A stretch of DNA of 40,000 nt, from NCBI RefSeq assembly GCF_900112955.1, contig NZ_FONP01000002.1, positions 192,582 to 232,581 on the forward strand, written 5' to 3'. This document shows positions 17,507 to 26,187 of this stretch, piece by piece. Position 1 is the first letter of the stretch; the number at the start of each line of letters is the position of its first letter. Origin of the DNA: Peptostreptococcus sp. D1 (GTDB lineage Bacteria > Bacillota > Clostridia > Peptostreptococcales > Peptostreptococcaceae). Under the pieces are notes generated by a model. That model had not been told where the DNA came from, searched no databases, and worked only from the letters and a program-made list of their open reading frames with translations. A program made the position numbers and the translations under genes.

Positions 17507-18127
17507 CTATTTTAATTTATCTGCAGCCGGATCCACTTCATACCAATGTTCTGAATTTCTTTTACACTGTAATGCAGCCACTCTTTTTGTAACTTCACGC
17601 TTTATTTTTCCATCTGAATTTAATACATCTATCCACTCTACTGGTTTATTGAAGTATTTCATTTTTCCACCACATATAGGACATTTTTCAATATGAATTT
17701 TTTCTATTGTAATCTTCCTTCCAAGTCCACTTATCGCATAATTAAAGAATAAGGGGTGTCTAGTTTCTTTTTTTGTGATACTCCTTAACCAGAATATCAG
17801 CACCAAAACTAGCATTGTTACAGCAAAAATTACGGCATATATATTATTGTTTGTGTTAACTTGATTACTCTTGTTGGTCAATAAATTAATTACAGGTTCA
17901 AATGTTTTATACATTGGAAAAACCCCTATCAATGAAATGAAAAATCCCATCCATGAAAGTAATGCCATTGTTATAGGACTTCTCCAAACAGGATCTGGTG
18001 TATATTTCGCAATCCTATCTTCTTCATGTTCACTAAATTTGTTATTTCCTGTCACGATATTAGTAGGTCCATTAAAAACATTTCCTGAAAAATTATTAAT
18101 ATTTGACTTAGAATATTTATCTCCCAT
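17507..18127 (-). CDS. Membrane protein with an N/G-rich N-terminus, two TM helices and a C-terminal zinc-ribbon-like domain (hypothetical)
   Basis: AGGAGG (18133-18138) lies 5 nt before the ATG at 18127. NINNFSGNVFNGPTNIVTGNN. TM helices ITMALLSWMGFFISLIGVF and IYAVIFAVTMLVLVLIFWL. CPICGG...CKRNSEHW. Confidence 0.75.
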   Translation of the reverse strand: MGDKYSKSNINNFSGNVFNGPTNIVTGNNKFSEHEEDRIAKYTPDPVWRSPITMALLSWMGFFISLIGVFPMYKTFEPVINLLTNKSNQVNTNNNIYAVIFAVTMLVLVLIFWLRSITKKETRHPLFFNYAISGLGRKITIEKIHIEKCPICGGKMKYFNKPVEWIDVLNSDGKIKREVTKRVAALQCKRNSEHWYEVDPAADKLK

Positions 18128-18140
18128 ATGTATCCTCCTA

Positions 18141-19103
18141 TTATTTTCCTCTCTTCGAGCTATATTTTTTATTCTTTCTACGCACTGTTCCATCTTCTAA
18201 AACTTCCACATTGCTGCGGGACTCCATCTCAAGTTGAACTGCTTCAAATTGCTCTTTTGATATTATTCCCTCATGGTGTTCCTTATTCAAATACTGATTC
18301 TCGGAGCCGCCGGAATCAGCAATTGCCACATCTCCTGTATACTTCTGCCTTGTTAATGTGGATTCAATTCCTTTTTTGCTCCAGCGTTCTTTTCCTTTTG
18401 GCGATTTAATACCGTTTGTTTCCAATCTCTTTATAATTCCACCTATGCTACACCCCTCCAGATACCAATTAAAAATATCTCTGACGACTTTAGCTTGTTC
18501 GTCATCAATAACTAGCATTCCATATTTATCTTTTTTGTATCCATAGCAAGGACGATTATATAATCCTGATGTACCGTTCTCTGCTTTCCTCTTCAGCCCC
18601 CAACGTATATTTTCACTTCTCCATTCATTCTCAGACTGTTCACAAGCTTCAATCACACTTATAAGCAATTCATCGCCTATTGCTTCTGTGTCAATCTTAT
18701 CTCGTTCAAAAATAATTCTTTTGCCCGCTGCACGAATCTTTCGTATGGCTTCCAGACATTCCTGTGTGTCACGTCCAAAACGACTAATACTTTTTGTAAG
18801 TATAATATCGATATTTCCTTTTTCACATTCACTTATCATTCTATTGAATTCTATTCTTGATGTTCCTGTTTTAGCAGAAGCAACATCTAAAAAAATATCT
18901 GCTACAAACCAAGTCCTATGAGCTACCGCCAATCTAGTGAGTCCTGATACTTGTGTAGACAAACTTTCCATTTGTTCCTTACGGTTTGTACTCACACGAG
19001 CGTAGATACCAACAGCATAATCCTTAATCACTCTACGAGGTTGTATCACTGTTATATTTTCATGAATTCTATTTAGTTCATCCACACTCGAGTCCCCTTT
19101 CAA
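18141..19103 (-). CDS. Serine recombinase with a resolvase catalytic domain plus recombinase domain (short form, about 320 aa)
   Basis: GIYARVSTNRKEQ, SISRFGRD, then CYGYKKD...VVRDIFNWYLEG. No long zinc-ribbon/coiled-coil tail. The start is uncertain (TTG 19103, or GVG 19085 after AAGGGG). Confidence 0.85.
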   Translation of the reverse strand: MKGDSSVDELNRIHENITVIQPRRVIKDYAVGIYARVSTNRKEQMESLSTQVSGLTRLAVAHRTWFVADIFLDVASAKTGTSRIEFNRMISECEKGNIDIILTKSISRFGRDTQECLEAIRKIRAAGKRIIFERDKIDTEAIGDELLISVIEACEQSENEWRSENIRWGLKRKAENGTSGLYNRPCYGYKKDKYGMLVIDDEQAKVVRDIFNWYLEGCSIGGIIKRLETNGIKSPKGKERWSKKGIESTLTRQKYTGDVAIADSGGSENQYLNKEHHEGIISKEQFEAVQLEMESRSNVEVLEDGTVRRKNKKYSSKRGK

Positions 19104-19176
19104 ATTTAGTATAATTAAATTGCTAATTTAGCATAATGATTATTAGTCTATTATCGTAATTCTTAATCAAAAAAAT

Positions 19177-19434
19177 TTGACAACAGTTCTATAGTCACAC
19201 ACCCTAAAAACACCTCAAAAACAATAGTACCGTTGTTACACCAAGCAAAAAAAGCAGTTCTGTTGCCACACCCCTCTATTTTCCAGTGGTCAGAACTATT
19301 GTCAAATGCTCTAAAATCACAATGTAACCCCTCTGTCCAAACCTCTGCATTTTTCTCTAAACCTTTTGATTTCAAGGCTTTTATACAACTTTTCTTCTTA
19401 CTTCCTTGACAGAAGAACTATGGTCTCCACATGA
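19177..19434. repeat. About 258-bp direct repeat, copy B
   Basis: See copy A. Its right 36 nt overlap the 3' end of the XkdQ-like gene. It lies 74 nt upstream of the recombinase start. Confidence 0.85.
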
Positions 19435-20390
19435 ACACTATATTTACCACCTGACCATGTATGTTTATCTTTATCAATATAGAACTCTCCAACTAATCCT
19501 GTAAAGCTATCCTTAACCTGTACCTTGTAGCCACATTTACAATCTATATTGCCAAATCCTGAAATACTACAAGTTTTTTCAGGACCCTTTAATTCATTTT
19601 TAATTTCATCATCAGATAAAGCCTTATCCTTTCCTTGTTCAATAACCTTAGTTATATAATGATATAATTTTTTTAGCTGTGGATCGATTTTTTCTTTTAC
19701 CTTGTTTCCTTTTTCATCAACAACCAATACCCTACTTACCATATCATTCATCGATATTTTATAGCTAGCTGATTCTATATTGCTTGACTCCTCAAACATA
19801 AGCTTCAATTTAACTATACCTTTTTCAACGACGTTAAACTTATCCAAATCAACTTCAATCATGTATTTTTTATGAGCTTTATCTTTCTTAGAATGCTCTG
19901 TATACGCACTCATTATAACATCATATCTAGTAGCACCAATAAACAGCTTTGTAATTTTAGTTTCAGCAGGTGCAAGCTTACCATAAGCTAAAGCATGTTG
20001 ACCGTCTTTTCCCTTAAACACCGCTTTTGCAATATCACAAGCTGTTGTGTTTACAAAATTATAACTTACTTGATCCTTACTCAATAAGAAGCCTATATCA
20101 AAAGCCGTCATAGATAGACGATTATCTGTATTTGATTTATCAATATCTATTATAGTTCCTCTGAATATCTCTTTTCCACCTACATAAAAACAACAAGTAG
20201 AGCCTTCTACTATACCTATTTGTTGTATTTTTGAGTCATTTACTGCTTGGATAAATGAAAACTCCAAACACCTAGATGGGGATTTAATATCCCCACTCCA
20301 GGTAACAGATGATAGTACGCTAGATAGTTTATAAAATTTACCTTGTCTAATGTGAACTATTAGTTCTATGTCTTCATTTTTATACTTCAT
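19398..20390 (-). CDS. XkdQ/YqbQ-like tail/baseplate hub protein
   Basis: 330 aa, positioned directly after the LysM protein as in PBSX (xkdO-xkdP-xkdQ). The ATG at 20390 overlaps the upstream stop (TAATG). Confidence 0.7.
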   Translation of the reverse strand: MKYKNEDIELIVHIRQGKFYKLSSVLSSVTWSGDIKSPSRCLEFSFIQAVNDSKIQQIGIVEGSTCCFYVGGKEIFRGTIIDIDKSNTDNRLSMTAFDIGFLLSKDQVSYNFVNTTACDIAKAVFKGKDGQHALAYGKLAPAETKITKLFIGATRYDVIMSAYTEHSKKDKAHKKYMIEVDLDKFNVVEKGIVKLKLMFEESSNIESASYKISMNDMVSRVLVVDEKGNKVKEKIDPQLKKLYHYITKVIEQGKDKALSDDEIKNELKGPEKTCSISGFGNIDCKCGYKVQVKDSFTGLVGEFYIDKDKHTWSGGKYSVHVETIVLLSRK

Positions 20391-21070
20391 TAAGGTATCA
20401 CCAACTTCCAACCACTATATATTACATTAGATTTTTTTAATTGTGGGTACTTCTTTAAATTCTCTGCATTTGATGTTATCTTTTTATATTTAGAGCCATT
20501 ACCGTAATATTTCTGTGCAATCATAAATAGATATTCACCATGCTTTACAGTATGTATTTTAGAGCTTTTACTTAACTCATTTTTTTCTAGGTTTCTCGAA
20601 TACACTTTATTTGGAACTGTATTTGATGGATTTGAACTCTTTGAGGTGTTCGGAGGTGTCCATTCTGGAATAATGATATCTTCATCTTCCTTTAACTCTA
20701 ATGTGAAATATACATCCCCACTTCCATCTTTTTCAAGAAACTCAAAATGGCTTATTCTTACAGGTATGTTAATAGGTGTCGATGTCACAATATATCTAAG
20801 TCTTTCCCCATCTCTACACCATTTTTCTAGCTTATTAACGTAACTATATGGGTCTGTTGTAGGTCCATCTATAAATTGATAATTAGCACCCTCATGTGGG
20901 AAAAAACTGGATAAACTAATCGAGGAAGGCTCATATCCATTAAAGATATTTACCTTCCCTTTTTTTACTATATTTTCCCCTGAGATATCAGCATTGATAT
21001 TTTTCCCTATCTCTGACGGTATAACCGGAAATCTTAAATTTTCAGTATTTGAATTTAGATATACTTCCAA
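20390..21070 (-). CDS. XkdP-like tail protein with a C-terminal LysM domain
   Basis: C-terminal LysM: HTVKHGEYLFMIAQKYYGNGSKYKKI...VIYSGWKLVIP. TTG start after GGGGGTG. Confidence 0.8.
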   Translation of the reverse strand: MEVYLNSNTENLRFPVIPSEIGKNINADISGENIVKKGKVNIFNGYEPSSISLSSFFPHEGANYQFIDGPTTDPYSYVNKLEKWCRDGERLRYIVTSTPINIPVRISHFEFLEKDGSGDVYFTLELKEDEDIIIPEWTPPNTSKSSNPSNTVPNKVYSRNLEKNELSKSSKIHTVKHGEYLFMIAQKYYGNGSKYKKITSNAENLKKYPQLKKSNVIYSGWKLVIP

Positions 21071-21073
21071 GTT

Positions 21074-23023
21074 TTATACACCCCCTGCTTTAGCCAATTT
21101 CATTCTTTTTACAAGTCTACTAACTAATAAATCAATATCGGCTTCTTCTCTTACTGTAATATCATTTATATTTATCACAATACGTTCTTGATCTCTATTT
21201 TCATACTCATTTGCCTCTCGTTTTGTCAGTAATTTTTCCCCTTGATGAGCTCTAATTGGGTAGTTGTCATAGGGTATTCTTGACTGTCCCATAGCTCTTC
21301 TCGCATATGAGGGTACTCCACTGTTGTCTACACCTATGCCACCGCTACTACTGCCTGTTTGGAAACCATCTAAGCCATTAAGCCCCTCAAAGTTGGTATT
21401 TCTCATATGATTGATAGTTTTATCCCACCATTGCATAACATCTTTTAATGCGCCAACGATACCGCTGATAGCATTATTAATCCCAGTTAATAGTGGTAAT
21501 ATTACTTTATCAGCAAGTTTAAGTTTCACCTGCATTAATTGCCATTTTTTCTCCCAATCAGATGCCAATAATTTTATTGCATTTTTTATAAAATCAGGAT
21601 TTTCTTTCAAAAATTTAAACACATCTTCAGCTACACCTTTGAAAAATTGGAATACATCCCCCATTCCTTCAAATGCACCATTTACCTGTTGACCAAACAT
21701 ATTTATGGCTTCTTGTGCTTCCGGAGAATTAGTAATAATATGATTATAAACATCATCCAGCATATCCGTTATTGGCTTCGCTGCCGTTTTTAGCTTACTA
21801 AAATCGATACCCCCAAAATTAGTAATATCTAATAACTTCCATAGTCCGTCAATAGCTTTTTCTGCATCTGTAAACAAACCGCTAAAGAAATCCTTAACTA
21901 TTTGACTGTCGAAAATCTTTTGCATTCTTTCATACATAGGTGTATATACTTTTGATTCTAGTAAGTTATTTGCTATTACCCAAGCATCTTTGAAGTTCAT
22001 AGGTATATTTTGGAATTCTTTATTTACCTGTTCTGAATTTTTAAGAATTGCACGTTTAACTAAATCAGCAGTAAGAAGACCCTCTTTCCCGGCTTCCTTA
22101 ATGCCCATTCCAACTTCTTTTTCAATCATTTTCGCCATTAGTGGAGCTGACTCCCTTATCGTTCTAAGTTCATCACCTTGGAGTGTACCACTTGCCAAAC
22201 CTTGATTTAACTGATACATTGCTGAACTTGCTTCTTCTCCTGATGAACCACCTTTTCTAAATGATTGCATAGCAGTTTGGTAGAATTTAGCAGCTTCTTG
22301 AGGTTTACCGCCAAACACATCAGGTGACATCTGCATAAGCTTAGTCATACCATTTCTAACATCAGATAAATTTGATCGTGAATTTCTAGCTACACCCTGG
22401 ACTAGACTATCATATCCACCAATACTCATACCACCTCTATCAAGTGAACTTGCCCTAGCTTTGTAATCCGAATAATTATTATATCCGTCAATTGTAACTT
22501 TTATGACCTTATCTTTAAGGCTATTAAGACCTTGCTGAATCTTCTGTATTCCCCATTGGGTCATATCGTTTAATTTCACTTTAATATCGTTATATGCACT
22601 TTTAGCAAGTTTCCCAATCCCAAGGCTTATCAATCCTATTCCAGCCAACACGGGATGTTTTCCTAAAAGTTTAAGTGGGATACTTCCAAGTGGTCCTAGC
22701 TTATTAAGCTTACCACCGATGGCATCCAACCCTTTAGATGCTAAATCTTTTACTTCAATAGGTATCTTATTCGATTTTTTTATCATATCACCAAAAGATT
22801 TGTACTTCTTTGATACTTCATCAACTTGTTTTTTAGCATCCTTACCATCCACTTTTAATTTTTTATTACCTTTCAAGCTCTTATCAAATTCCTTATTGGC
22901 TTTTTCAATTTCTTTCGTTTCCTTTTTAAATTTTCTAAGCTCCGCTTGCATCCGCTTTAATTCTTTAGTCATTAAATCTTCAGCTTTAAACCTAGCTTTC
23001 AATTCTGTTGTATTTGTTGCCAT
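21074..23023 (-). CDS. Tail tape measure protein
   Basis: 649 aa, helical and Gly/Ala/Lys-rich, positioned between the chaperone pair and the LysM protein. GGGGGT SD. Confidence 0.88.
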   Translation of the reverse strand: MATNTTELKARFKAEDLMTKELKRMQAELRKFKKETKEIEKANKEFDKSLKGNKKLKVDGKDAKKQVDEVSKKYKSFGDMIKKSNKIPIEVKDLASKGLDAIGGKLNKLGPLGSIPLKLLGKHPVLAGIGLISLGIGKLAKSAYNDIKVKLNDMTQWGIQKIQQGLNSLKDKVIKVTIDGYNNYSDYKARASSLDRGGMSIGGYDSLVQGVARNSRSNLSDVRNGMTKLMQMSPDVFGGKPQEAAKFYQTAMQSFRKGGSSGEEASSAMYQLNQGLASGTLQGDELRTIRESAPLMAKMIEKEVGMGIKEAGKEGLLTADLVKRAILKNSEQVNKEFQNIPMNFKDAWVIANNLLESKVYTPMYERMQKIFDSQIVKDFFSGLFTDAEKAIDGLWKLLDITNFGGIDFSKLKTAAKPITDMLDDVYNHIITNSPEAQEAINMFGQQVNGAFEGMGDVFQFFKGVAEDVFKFLKENPDFIKNAIKLLASDWEKKWQLMQVKLKLADKVILPLLTGINNAISGIVGALKDVMQWWDKTINHMRNTNFEGLNGLDGFQTGSSSGGIGVDNSGVPSYARRAMGQSRIPYDNYPIRAHQGEKLLTKREANEYENRDQERIVININDITVREEADIDLLVSRLVKRMKLAKAGGV

Positions 23024-23026
23024 CTA

Positions 23027-23221
23027 CTACCCCCTTTCTCCCACCATAAAAGGGCAAAGTTGATATTTTTTCTCGTCTAATCTATCTTCTATTTCTTTGA
23101 ATAGAAATGCCTTCATCATTCTATATTCACCAATATCTGATTTCTTTTTTTTATATAATTCAGATGGAGTCAGTCTTGCGTACTTCCAGAAATAGTAAAA
23201 AGTACGCAATTCATCATCCAC
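23027..23221 (-). CDS. Tail assembly chaperone, -1 frame extension (probably expressed as a fusion by frameshifting)
   Basis: It is in the -1 frame relative to 23227..23664 and has no independent SD. The frame is open back to the slippery site. Confidence 0.6.
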   Translation of the reverse strand: MDDELRTFYYFWKYARLTPSELYKKKKSDIGEYRMMKAFLFKEIEDRLDEKKYQLCPFMVGERG

Positions 23222-23226
23222 CTCAA

Positions 23227-23664
23227 TTAGTTTTTTATTTCATCTTCCTTTGGTATATTATTAATTAAATTATCATATGCAGCATATAATAAATCTATTT
23301 CGTCTGGGGTAAGCAAAACTAATACGAGATCAGTTGGTGTCCCTACCTTAAACTTGCTTATAAGTTCTTTATTTTTAAATAGTGCTTCACCATTATAGAA
23401 TACAGAATAAACTAAAGTCAGCAACTTTCTCATCCTATTATTTTCAGCCATTTCTAGCTTCCCTTTGTCTGCCATCTTAAGCTTGTAACCATACTCTTCA
23501 AGCTCTGCTTCTTGCTCCAAACTCATCCTACGCATTTCAATGATAAAAGGTTGATTAAACATTCTAGACAAGCTATCTATTTCTATTTCCTCTTTTTTAA
23601 CTAAAAAATCATCTCTATCTTTACTAAGCAATAAATCAATCAAATTAACATTTTTTTCACTCAT
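23227..23664 (-). CDS. XkdN-like tail assembly chaperone
   Basis: 145 aa, acidic, immediately between the tube and tape-measure genes. Confidence 0.75.
   Translation of the reverse strand: MSEKNVNLIDLLLSKDRDDFLVKKEEIEIDSLSRMFNQPFIIEMRRMSLEQEAELEEYGYKLKMADKGKLEMAENNRMRKLLTLVYSVFYNGEALFKNKELISKFKVGTPTDLVLVLLTPDEIDLLYAAYDNLINNIPKEDEIKN
23230..23236 (-). promoter_or_regulatory. Candidate -1 programmed frameshift heptamer A_AAA_AAC
   Basis: The minus strand reads ATA AAA AAC TAA, at the last codons of the XkdN-like chaperone gene. Confidence 0.55.
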
Positions 23665-23675
23665 TTTTTATCTCC

Positions 23676-24122
23676 TTATATCAAATCTATTGGGTCAAAA
23701 TCATCAAATGTAAATGGGGCTTCTATTTTTCCAACCTCTCCATTTTTAAAGTCAGCAAGGGTTAAGTCATCAAATTGCACTCCCATATATCTAATTCTTT
23801 CAGCTCCCACATTATCAGGGTCATCAAGCTTAGATATAATTTCAAAACTAATTGTTTTTTGCTCTTTCATTCTAACACCAATCAACTTTGTCATTCTTGA
23901 TGAAACCTTAGTCATAGTGCAAGACCCTTTACCCTCTGCTCCTGTTGTTTTATGGGCGTCTATCATTTGTCTTGGTCTTGGTATTGCCGTCTTTTTAAAA
24001 TCTATTTTAGCTTGAAACCCTTCAAGTTCTGCAACATATTCCCCATCTAACCACAGCTCACCGAAAGTACCACTTATACCATCAGTACCTAGTATCTGTT
24101 TTACTTGTTCTTTATCTGCCAT
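23676..24122 (-). CDS. Tail tube protein (XkdM-like)
   Basis: 148 aa from the ATG at 24122 (AGGAGGTG 7 nt upstream). It follows the sheath gene. Confidence 0.8.
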   Translation of the reverse strand: MADKEQVKQILGTDGISGTFGELWLDGEYVAELEGFQAKIDFKKTAIPRPRQMIDAHKTTGAEGKGSCTMTKVSSRMTKLIGVRMKEQKTISFEIISKLDDPDNVGAERIRYMGVQFDDLTLADFKNGEVGKIEAPFTFDDFDPIDLI

Positions 24123-24135
24123 ATTTAAGCACCTC

Positions 24136-25236
24136 CTAAACATTTATATTTATATAAAAATCTTCCATAGCATCCACGCCCTTAAGCGTTATCACTATAA
24201 AAACTTTTGAACCAGTATTAAATTCTTTAAGCTCCTGTTCACTCAAAGATTTTACATCAACACCCTTTTCAATCAAATATTTTTTTTGTGCTTCCATATC
24301 AATATTTACAGAAAATCCATTTGCTATCATTTCACTTCTGTTCAAATCCTCTAAAAATCCTTTTATTTCAGATATCAGCAAACATTTATTATCATAGCTA
24401 TTAGATACCTTACCTACATAAAAATCGGTAATGGACTTTTTAACAGCGTTATTAATCATCTTATACGTTCGTACTAGCTTTATTTTCTTGAAAGTTTCTC
24501 CTTCATTTCCATCAACGCCAGTTAGAGATGTAACACCTCTGGCTATTCTTACTTTACCGCCTTTTTTTACGAGTACCAACTTACCAGCATTTATTAAAGA
24601 GTTCAATTCTTCATTAGTTTTTTTAGGTATATTAGTGATGAACGGCACATTGCAATATGTTATGGATTGTGTAAAAGGTGTACCTGCACACGCACCAACG
24701 ATAAAAGGCAATAGTTTATTGGCAGTGTAGGTAACTGAACCTTCCTTTATATTATCTGTCGCAAACTCAATCACACTACTTGAATTACTTGGATTATTTG
24801 TTGCTATTACAACATCCGCCCAATGTCCTATTTCCTTAAGTTTGTTAATGAATGCTATTAGCTTTGGATTTTCAACCTCGTCTGTAGCATCAGGCATACA
24901 CATATAATTGAATTCAACATTTTCTAATACCTCAAGTGCGTTATCTAATGTATCATCACTACCTATTGAATATACAATAACCTTTGATGGTGTGTACGCT
25001 CTTTCCTCAAGCACCCCACCTACTCTCACATCCTGAATATTACCTTTGAATGCGTGCTCTATATACATAAGATTATCAGATTTATACTTTTCAGTTACTT
25101 GATCAAATGACACGTATTCTTTCAAACCCTTAACAGTTGAGTCCTTTAATATCAAAAGAGCCACACTAGTACTAGCACCTTCTAATGCTCTTCTTTTTTC
25201 TTCTTTGAAACTAATTTTTAACTCAGTTAGCCCCAT
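24136..25236 (-). CDS. Contractile tail sheath protein (XkdK-like)
   Basis: 366 aa. Position and size match the PBSX-type sheath. GAGGT SD. Confidence 0.85.
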   Translation of the reverse strand: MGLTELKISFKEEKRRALEGASTSVALLILKDSTVKGLKEYVSFDQVTEKYKSDNLMYIEHAFKGNIQDVRVGGVLEERAYTPSKVIVYSIGSDDTLDNALEVLENVEFNYMCMPDATDEVENPKLIAFINKLKEIGHWADVVIATNNPSNSSSVIEFATDNIKEGSVTYTANKLLPFIVGACAGTPFTQSITYCNVPFITNIPKKTNEELNSLINAGKLVLVKKGGKVRIARGVTSLTGVDGNEGETFKKIKLVRTYKMINNAVKKSITDFYVGKVSNSYDNKCLLISEIKGFLEDLNRSEMIANGFSVNIDMEAQKKYLIEKGVDVKSLSEQELKEFNTGSKVFIVITLKGVDAMEDFYININV

Positions 25237-25726
25237 TTTTTACCTCACTTTCTATTTTTAATACGTCACTACTACGCATTCTTATAACTTCAATCACATT
25301 ACTATCATTTTTATCAAAATATACCTGTTCATGATAACTTGTTTTAATGCTAAAATTCAAAGTATACCCCACTTCATCTTTTAGTATCAAAGTGTCAATA
25401 TCGGATATATGAATATATCTTCTACCAACCTTTATACTTCTTACAAATTGAGTTTCTAACAATTCTTTGATTTCATTTAAATCGGATTTTTTAACTCTAC
25501 CGTGTGGGAAGTATCGTATGTCAATTACAAGTGATTTTTTATTAAAGTGTAAATTTACTGATTTTGAATTTTCTATATGAACATCAATAAAAAAACAGCT
25601 ACCTTTATTTAAATATAATTGTAATTGGTCGTCATCATCTGTTATTTTACATTTATAGTCAGTATCCTTTATGGTCTCATAAATCATAGATGATACTGAT
25701 TTAATCAATTCATTTATCTTAATCAT
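25223..25726 (-). CDS. Hypothetical phage protein (tail-completion position)
   Basis: 167-aa ORF, translationally coupled at both ends (TAATG at 25726). Confidence 0.7.
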   Translation of the reverse strand: MIKINELIKSVSSMIYETIKDTDYKCKITDDDDQLQLYLNKGSCFFIDVHIENSKSVNLHFNKKSLVIDIRYFPHGRVKKSDLNEIKELLETQFVRSIKVGRRYIHISDIDTLILKDEVGYTLNFSIKTSYHEQVYFDKNDSNVIEVIRMRSSDVLKIESEVKNGAN

Positions 25727-26187
25727 TATTTACCACCCGTAATCTCATCCAATATTCTTTTACCTTCTTTTTCTAATGTTTCTTTTCCTACCTTCATAGC
25801 ATTTCTAAGCATAAATTTACCTGGAACAAATAGTATTTTTCCATCATCACCAACTACACTCTTACGTCTACGCTTAGATGGTTTAAGTCCCATACCTGCC
25901 CTAGTCCTATGACCGTATTCAACATCCCAAGCATAGTATTCCCCCTTAGACTGTACATCGTTATATATTTCAACCGAATCTCCTAAATCTCTTATTTTCC
26001 ATCCACGTCTTAGATTTCCTGCCGTTTTAGCTTTAGGATTTTTATTCACCGGAGTATTTTCAACCACGTCTTCAAGTATTTCAGTAGCAACAGTCATTTT
26101 TAATTTATCAAATTCTTCAGGTATTTTCTTTTCAATATTTTCAAGTCGTTTTATTAACTCATCCATTCCCTCAAATTCAAAACTCAT
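25726..26187 (-). CDS. HK97 gp10-like head-tail component
   Basis: VENTPVNKNP...GNLRRGWKI pattern. The ATG at 26187 overlaps the upstream TAA, with AAGGAGAG upstream. Confidence 0.7.
   Translation of the reverse strand: MSFEFEGMDELIKRLENIEKKIPEEFDKLKMTVATEILEDVVENTPVNKNPKAKTAGNLRRGWKIRDLGDSVEIYNDVQSKGEYYAWDVEYGHRTRAGMGLKPSKRRRKSVVGDDGKILFVPGKFMLRNAMKVGKETLEKEGKRILDEITGGK

Larger units (their letters stand above)
17009..19434 (-). mobile_element. Possible mini integrative cassette: direct repeat, serine recombinase, 2-TM/zinc-ribbon cargo gene, direct repeat
   Basis: Two genes bracketed by the 258-bp direct repeats. Copy A re-encodes the tail-gene C-terminus HVETIVLLSRK plus its stop. Confidence 0.4.

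Noticed and set aside
17001-19375. The paired 68- and 70-aa ORFs 17001..17207 and 19163..19375 (MKSKGLEKN...)
   Set aside because: - They exist only because they lie in the two 258-bp repeats.
- They use TTG starts with no SD and have odd W/C-rich composition.
- About one residue in five differs between copies despite roughly 88% nucleotide identity, so there is no sign of purifying selection.
- I treat them as non-coding. A small conserved peptide is not strictly excluded.
17009-19434. The idea that the two repeats are a diversity-generating retroelement TR/VR pair, since one copy overlaps a tail-gene 3' end
   Set aside because: - There is no reverse transcriptase nearby.
- Only 36 nt overlap coding sequence.
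- The differences are mixed transitions and indels, not adenine-specific.
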